The notes under the pieces were generated by a model, which was not told the origin of the DNA, did not search any database, and saw nothing but the letters and a program-made list of their open reading frames with translations. A stretch of 64,000 nt of DNA, taken from NCBI GenBank assembly GCA_964016885.1, contig OZ024744.1:3844001-3908000 (forward strand). Direction: 5' to 3'. The DNA comes from Eledone cirrhosa. Its lineage: Eukaryota. Position numbers and translations under genes: made by a program. How positions within the stretch are numbered: the stretch's first letter is position 1; each line of letters starts with the position of its first letter. This document shows positions 54,036 through 61,900 of this stretch, piece after piece.

Positions 54036-57000
54036 ATGACTTGGTGAAGAACGAAGTTTTGGGGGAAGACAAGGTAGAGAAAGATAGCTTGGTGAAGAAC
54101 GAAGTTTTGAGGGAAGACGAGGTAGAGAAAGATAGCTTGGTGAAGAACGACGTTTTGGGGGAAGACAAGGTAGAGAAAGATAGCTTGGTGAAGAACGAAG
54201 TTTTGGGGGAAGACAAGGTAGAGAACGATAGCTTGGTGAAGAACGACTTTTTGAGGGAAGACAAGGTAGAGAAAGATAGCTTGGTGAAGAACGAAGTTTT
54301 GGGGGAAGACAAGGTAGAGAAAGATAGCTTGGTGAAGAACGAAGTTTTGGGGGAAGACAAGGTAGAGAAAGATAGCTTGGTGAAGAACAAAGTTTTGAGG
54401 GAAGACGAGGTAGAGAAAGATAGCTTGGTGAAGAACGAAGTTTTGGGGGGAAAACAAGGTAGAGAAAGATAGCTTGGTGAAGAACGAAGTTTGGGGGAAG
54501 ACAAGGTAGAGAAAGATAGCTTGGTGAAGAACGACGTTTTGAGGGAAGACAAGGTCGTGAAAAATAGCTTGGTGAAGAACGAAGTTTTGGGGAAGACAAT
54601 GTAGAGAAAGATAGCTTGGTGAAGAACGAAGTTTTGGGGGAAGACAAGGTAGAGAAAGATAGCTTGGTGAAGAACGAAGTTCTGAGGGAAGACAAGGTAG
54701 AGAAAGATAGCTTGGTGAAGAACGAAGTTTTGGGAGGAGACAAGGTAGAGAAAGATATCTTGGTGAAGAACGAAGTTTTGACGGAAGACAAGGTAGAGAA
54801 AGATAGCTTGGTGAATAACGAAGTTTTGGGAGAAGACAAGGTAGAGAAAGATAGCTTGGTGAAGAACGAAGTTTTGGGAGAAGACAAGGTAGAGAAAGAT
54901 AGCTTGGTGAAGAACGATGTTTCGAGGGAAGACAAGGTAGAGAAAGATAGCTTGGTGAAGAACGACGTTTTGAGGGAAGACAAGGTAGAGAAAGATAGCT
55001 TGGTGAAGAACGAAGTTCTGAGGGAAGACAAGGTAGAGAAAGATAGCTTGGTGAAGAACGAAGTTTTGGGAGAAAACAAGGTAGAGAAAGATATCTTGGT
55101 GAAGAACGAATTTCGACGGAAGACAAGGTAGAGAAAGATAGCTTGGTGAAGAATGACGTTTTGTGGGAAGACAAGGTAGAGAAAGATAGCTTGGTGAAGA
55201 ACGAAGTTTTGTGTGAAGACAAGCTATAGAAAGATAGCTTGGTGAAGAACGAAGTTTTGGGGGAAGACAAGGTAGAGAAAGATAGCTTGGTGAAGAACGA
55301 AGTTTTGGGGGAAGACAAGGTAGAGAAAGATAGCTTGGTGAAGAACGAAGTTTTGAGGGAAGACAAGGTAGAGAAAGATAGCTTGGTGAATAACGAAGTT
55401 TTGGGAGAAGACAAGGTAGAGAAAGATAGCTTGGTGAAGAACGATGTTTTGAGGGAAGACAAGGTAGAGAAAGATAGCTTGGTGAAGAACGACGTTTTGA
55501 GGGAAGACAAGGTAGAGAAAGATAGCTTGGTGAAGAACGAAGTTTTGGGAGAAGACAAGGTAGAGAAAGATATCTTGGTGAAGAACGAAGTTTTGACGGA
55601 AGACAAGGTAGAGAAAGATAGCTTGGTGAAGAATGACGTTTTGTGGGAAGACAAGGTAGAGAAAGATAGCTTGGTGAAGAACGAAGTTTTGTGTAAAGAC
55701 AAGGTAGAGAAAGATAGCTTGGTGAAGAACGAAGTTTTGGGGGAAGACAAGGCAGAGAAAGATAGATTGGTGAAGAACGAAGTTTTGAGGGATGACAAGG
55801 TAGAGAAAGATGACTTGGTGAAGAAAGAAGTTTTGGGGGAAGACAAGGTAGAGAAAGATAGCTTGGTGAAGAACGAAGTTTTGGGGGAGGACAAGGTAGA
55901 GAAAGATAGCTTGGTGAAGAACGAAGTTTTGGGGAAAACAAGGTAGAGAAAGATAGCTTGGTGAAGAACGAAGTTTTGAGGGAAGACAAGGTAGAGAAAG
56001 ATAGCTTGGTGAAGAACGAAGTTCTGAGGGAAGACAAGGTAGAGAAAGATAGCTTGGTGAAGAACGAAGTTTTGGGAGAAAAGAAGGTAGAGAAAGATAT
56101 CTTGGTGAAGAACGAATTTCGACGGAAGACAAGGTAGAGAAAGATAGCTTGGTGAAGAATGACGTTTTGTGGGAAGACAAGGTAGAGAAAGATAGCTTGG
56201 TGAAGAACGAAGTTTTGTGTGAAGACAAGCTAGAGAAAGATAGCTTGGTGAAGAACGAAGTTTTGGGGGAAGACAAGGTAGAGAAAGATAGCTTGGTGAA
56301 GAACGACGTTTTGAGGGAAGACAAGTTAGAGAAAGATAGCTTGGTGAAGAATGACGTTTTGTGGGAAGACAAGGTAGAGAAAGATAGCTTGGTGAAGAAC
56401 GAAGTTTTGAGGGAAGACGAGGTAGAGAAAGATAGCTTGGTGAAGAACGAAGTTTTGGGGGAAGACAAGGTAGAGAAAGATAGCTTGGTGAAGAACGACG
56501 TTTTGAGGGAAGACAAGGTAGAGAAAGATAGATTGGTGAAGAACGAAGTTTTGGGGGAAGACAAGGTAGAGAAAGATAGCTTGGTGAAGAACGAAGTTTT
56601 GGGGGAAGACAAGGTAGAGAAAGATAGCTTGGTGAAGAACGAAGTTTTAGGGGAAGACAAGGTAGAGAAAGATATCTTGGTGAAGAACGAAGTTTTGAGG
56701 GAAGACAAGGTAGAGAAAGATGACTTGGTGAAGAACGAAGTTTTGGGGGAAGACAAGGTAGAGAAAGATAGCTTGGTGAAGAACGAAGTTTTGAGGGAAG
56801 ACGAGGTAGAGAAAGATAGCTTGGTGAAGAACGACGTTTTGGGGGAAGACAAGGTAGAGAAAGATAGCTTGGTGAAGAACGAAGTTTTGGGGGAAGACAA
56901 GGTAGAGAACGATAGCTTGGTGAAGAACGACGTTTTGAGGGAAGACAAGGTAGAGAAAGATAGCTTGGTGAAGAACGAAGTTTTGGGGGAAGACAAGGTA

Positions 57001-58930
57001 GAGAAAGATAGCTTGGTGAAGAACGAAGTTTTGGGGGAAGACAAGGTAGAGAAAGATAGCTTGGTGAAGAACAAAGTTTTGAGGGAAGACGAGGTAGAGA
57101 AAGATAGCTTGGTGAAGAACGAAGTTTTGGGGGGAAAACAAGGTAGAGAAAGATAGCTTGGTGAAGAACGAAGTTTGGGGGAAGACAAGGTAGAGAAAGA
57201 TAGCTTGGTGAAGAACGACGTTTTGAGGGAAGACAAGGTCGTGAAAAATAGCTTGGTGAAGAACGAAGTTTTGGGGAAGACAATGTAGAGAAAGATAGCT
57301 TGGTGAAGAACGAAGTTCTGAGGGAAGACAAGGTAGAGAAAGATAGCTTGGTGAAGAACGAAGTTTTGGGAGGAGACAAGGTAGAGAAAGATATCTTGGT
57401 GAAGAACGAAGTTTTGACGGAAGACAAGGTAGAGAAAGATAGCTTGGTGAATAACGAAGTTTTGGGAGAAGACAAGGTAGAGAAAGATAGCTTGGTGAAG
57501 AACGAAGTTTTGGGAGAAGACAAGGTAGAGAAAGATAGCTTGGTGAAGAACGATGTTTCGAGGGAAGACAAGGTAGAGAAAGATAGCTTGGTGAAGAACG
57601 ACGTTTTGAGGGAAGACAAGGTAGAGAAAGATAGCTTGGTGAAGAACGAAGTTCTGAGGGAAGACAAGGTAGAGAAAGATAGCTTGGTGAAGAACGAAGT
57701 TTTGGGAGAAAACAAGGTAGAGAAAGATATCTTGGTGAAGAACGAATTTCGACGGAAGACAAGGTAGAGAAAGATAGCTTGGTGAAGAATGACGTTTTGT
57801 GGGAAGACAAGGTAGAGAAAGATAGCTTGGTGAAGAACGAAGTTTTGTGTGAAGACAAGCTATAGAAAGATAGCTTGGTGAAGAACGAAGTTTTGGGGGA
57901 AGACAAGGTAGAGAAAGATAGCTTGGTGAAGAACGAAGTTTTGGGGGAAGACAAGGTAGAGAAAGATAGCTTGGTGAAGAACGAAGTTTTGAGGGAAGAC
58001 AAGGTAGAGAAAGATAGCTTGGTGAATAACGAAGTTTTGGGAGAAGACAAGGTAGAGAAAGATAGCTTGGTGAAGAACGATGTTTTGAGGGAAGACAAGG
58101 TAGAGAAAGATAGCTTGGTGAAGAACGACGTTTTGAGGGAAGTCAAGGTAGAGAAAGATAGCTTGGTGAAGAACGAAGTTTTGGGAGAAGACAAGGTAGA
58201 GAAAGATATCTTGGTGAAGAACGAAGTTTTGACGGAAGACAAGGTAGAGAAAGATAGCTTGGTGAAGAATGACGTTTTGTGGGAAGACAAGGTAGAGAAA
58301 GATAGCTTGGTGAAGAACGAAGTTTTGTGTAAAGACAAGGTAGAGAAAGATAGCTTGGTGAAGAACGAAGTTTTGGGGGAAGACAAGGCAGAGAAAGATA
58401 GATTGGTGAAGAACGAAGTTTTGAGGGATGACAAGGTAGAGAAAGATGACTTGGTGAAGAAAGAAGTTTTGGGGGAAGACAAGGTAGAGAAAGATAGCTT
58501 GGTGAAGAACGAAGTTTTGGGGGAAGACAAGGTAGAGAAAGATAGCTTGGTGAAGAACGAAGTTTTGGGGAAAACAAGGTAGAGAAAGATAGCTTGGTGA
58601 AGAACGAAGTTTTGAGGGAAGACAAGGTAGAGAAAGATAGCTTGGTGAAGAACGAAGTTCTGAGGGAAGACAAGGTAGAGAAAGATAGCTTGGTGAAGAA
58701 CGAAGTTTTGGGAGAAAAGAAGGTAGAGAAAGATATCTTGGTGAAGAACGAATTTCGACGGAAGACAAGGTAGAGAAAGATAGCTTGGTGAAGAATGACG
58801 TTTTGTGGGAAGACAAGGTAGAGAAAGATAGCTTGGTGAAGAACGAAGTTTTGTGTGAAGACAAGCTAGAGAAAGATAGCTTGGTGAAGAACGAAGTTTT
58901 GGGGGAAGACAAGGTAGAGAAAGATAGCTT
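53600..58930 (+). repeat. Tandem duplication, period 2684/2636 bp (one monomer missing from the second copy)
   Basis: ORF ends 54472/57156 are offset by 2684. ORF ends 55131/57767 and starts 55239/57875 are offset by 2636. Markers: G6-AAAAC (54445/57129), GATGTTTCGAGG (~54916/57552), CTATAG stop (55227/57863) and TGTAAA (55692/58328). A related, rearranged copy lies at ~59-62.5 kb. Confidence 0.85.
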
Positions 58931-61900
58931 GGTGAAGAACGACGTTTTGGGGGAAGACAAGGTAGAGAAAGATAGCTTGGTGAAGAACGAAGTTTTGGGG
59001 GAAGACAAGGTAGAGAACGATAGCTTGGTGAAGAACGACGTTTTGAGGGAAGACAAGGTAGAGAAAGATAGCTTGGTGAAGAACGAAGTTTTGGGGGAAG
59101 ACAAGGTAGAGAAAGATAGCTTGGTGAAGAACGAAGTTTTGGGGGAAGACAAGGTAGAGAAAGATAGCTTGGTGAAGAACAAAGTTTTGAGGGAAGACGA
59201 GGTAGAGAAAGATAGCTTGGTGAAGAACGAAGTTTTGGGGGAAGACAAGGTAGAGAAAGATAGCTTGGTGAAGAACGAAGTTTGGGGGAAGACAAGGTAG
59301 AGAAAGATAGCTTGGTGAAGAACGACGTTTTGAGGGAAGACAAGGTCGTGAAAAATAGCTTGGTGAAGAACGAAGTTTTGGGGAAGACAATGTAGAGAAA
59401 GATAGCTTGGTGAAGAACGAAGTTTTGAGGGAAGACAAGGTAGAGAAAGATAGCTTGGTGAAGAACGAATTTCTGAGGGAAGACAAGGTAGAGAAAGATA
59501 GCTTGGTGAAGAACGAAGTTTTGGGAGGAGACAAGGTAGAGAAAGATATCTTGGTGAAGAACGAAGTTTTGACGGAAGACAAGGTAGAGAAAGATAGCTT
59601 GGTGAATAACGAAGTTTTGGGAGAAGACAAGGTAGAGAAAGATAGCTTGGTGAAGAACGAAGTTTTGGGAGAAGACAAGGTAGAGAAAGATAGCTTGGTG
59701 AAGAACGATGTTTTGAGGGAAGACAAGGTAGAGAAAGATAGCTTGGTGAAGAACGACGTTTTGAGGGAAGACAAGGTAGAGAAAGATAGCTTGGTGAACA
59801 ACGAAGTTCTGAGGGAAGACAAGGTAGAGAAAGATAGTTTGGTGAAGAACGAAGTTTTGGGAGAAAACAAGGTAGAGAAAGATATCTTGGTGAAGAACGA
59901 ATTTCGACGGAAGACAAGGTAGAGAAAGATAGCTTGGTGAAGAATGACGTTTTGTGGGAAGACAAGGTAGAGAAAGATAGCTTGGTGAAGAACGAAGTTT
60001 TGTGTGAAGACAAGCTAGAGAAAGATAGCTTGGTGAAGAACGAAGTTTTGGGGGAAGACAAGGTAGAGAAAGATAGCTTGGTGAAGAACGAAGTTTTGGG
60101 GGAAGACAAGGTAGAGAAAGATAGCTTGGTGAAGAACGAAGTTTTGAGGGAAGACAAGGTAGAGAAAGATAGCTTGGTGAATAACGAAGTTTTGGGAGAA
60201 GACAAGGTAGAGAAAGATAGCTTGGTGAAGAACGATGTTTTGAGGGAAGACAAGGTAGAGAAAGATAGCTTGGTGAAGAACGACGTTTTGAGGGAAGACA
60301 AGGTAGAGAAAGATAGCTTGGTGAAGAACGAAGTTTTGGGAGAAGACAAGGTAGAGAAAGATATCTTGGTGAAGAACGAAGTTTTGACGGAAGACAAGGT
60401 AGAGAAAGATAGCTTGGTGAAGAATGACGTTTTGTGGGAAGACAAGGTAGAGAAAGATAGCTTGGTGAAGAACGAAGTTTTGTGTAAAGACAAGGTAGAG
60501 AAAGATAGCTTGGTGAAGAACGAAGTTTTGGGGGAAGACAAGGCAGAGAAAGATAGATTGGTGAAGAACGAAGTTTTGAGGGATGACAAGGTAGAGAAAG
60601 ATGACTTGGTGAAGAAAGAAGTTTTGGGGGAAGACAAGGTAGAGAAAGATAGCTTGGTGAAGAACGAAGTTTTGAGGGAAGACAAGGTAGAGAAAGATAG
60701 CTTGGTGAAGAACGAAGTTTTGGGGGAAGACAAGGTAGAGAAAGATAGCTTGGTGAAGAACGAAGTTTTGAGGGAAGACAAGGTAGAGAAAGATAGCTTG
60801 GTGAAGAACGAAGTTCTGAGGGAAGACAAGGTAGAGAAAGATAGCTTGGTGAAGAACGAAGTTTTGGGAGAAAAGAAGGTAGAGAAAGATATCTTGGTGA
60901 AGAACGAATTTCGACGGAAGACAAGGTAGAGAAAGATAGCTTGGTGAAGAATGACGTTTTGTGGGAAGACAAGGTAGAGAAAGATAGCTTGGTGAAGAAC
61001 GAAGTTTTGTGTGAAGACAAGCTAGAGAAAGATAGCTTGGTGAAGAACGAAGTTTTGGGGGAAGACAAGGTAGAGAAAGATAGCTTGGTGAAGAACGACG
61101 TTTTGGGGGAAGACAAGGTAGAGAAAGATAGCTTGGTGAAGAACGAAGTTTTGAGGGAAGACAAGGTAGAGAAAGATAGCTTGGTGAATAACGAAGTTTT
61201 GGGAGAAGACAAGGTAGAGAAAGATAGCTTGGTGAAGAACGATGTTTTGAGGGAAGACAAGGTAGAGAAAGATAGCTTGGTGAAGAACGACGTTTTGAGG
61301 GAAGACAAGGTAGAGAAAGATAGCTTGGTGAAGAATGACGTTTTGTGGGAAGACAAGGTAGAGAAAGATAGCTTGCTGAAGAACGAAATTTTGGGGGAAG
61401 ACAAGGTAGAGAAAGATAGCTTGGTGAAGAACGAAGTTTTGGGGGAAGACAAGGTAGAGAAAGATAGCTTGGTGAAGAACGAAGTTTTGGGGGAAGACAA
61501 GGTAGAGAAAGATAGCTTGGTGAAGAACGACGTTTTGAGGGAAGACAAGTTAGAGAAAGATAGCTTGGTGAAGAATGACGTTTTGTGGGAAGACAAGGTA
61601 GAGAAAGATAGCTTGGTGAAGAACGAAGTTTTGAGGGAAGACGAGGTAGAGAAAGATAGCTTGGTGAAGAACGAAGTTTTGGGGGAAGACAAGGAAGAGA
61701 AAGATAGCTTGGTGAAGAACGACGTTTTGAGGGAAGACAAGGTAGAGAAAGATAGCTTGGTGAAGAACGAAGTTTTGGGGGAAGACAAGGTAGAGAAAGA
61801 TAGCTTGGTGAAGAACGAAGTTATGGGGGAAGACAAGGTAGAGAAAGATAGCTTGGTGAAGAACGAAGTTTTAGGGGAAGACAAGGTAGAGAAAGATATC

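Noticed and set aside
24468-58582. The offset 2636 bp appears twice (24468/27104 and 55239/57875)
   Set aside because: The two blocks have different marker content. Offsets are quantised near multiples of 48, so coincidence is likely.
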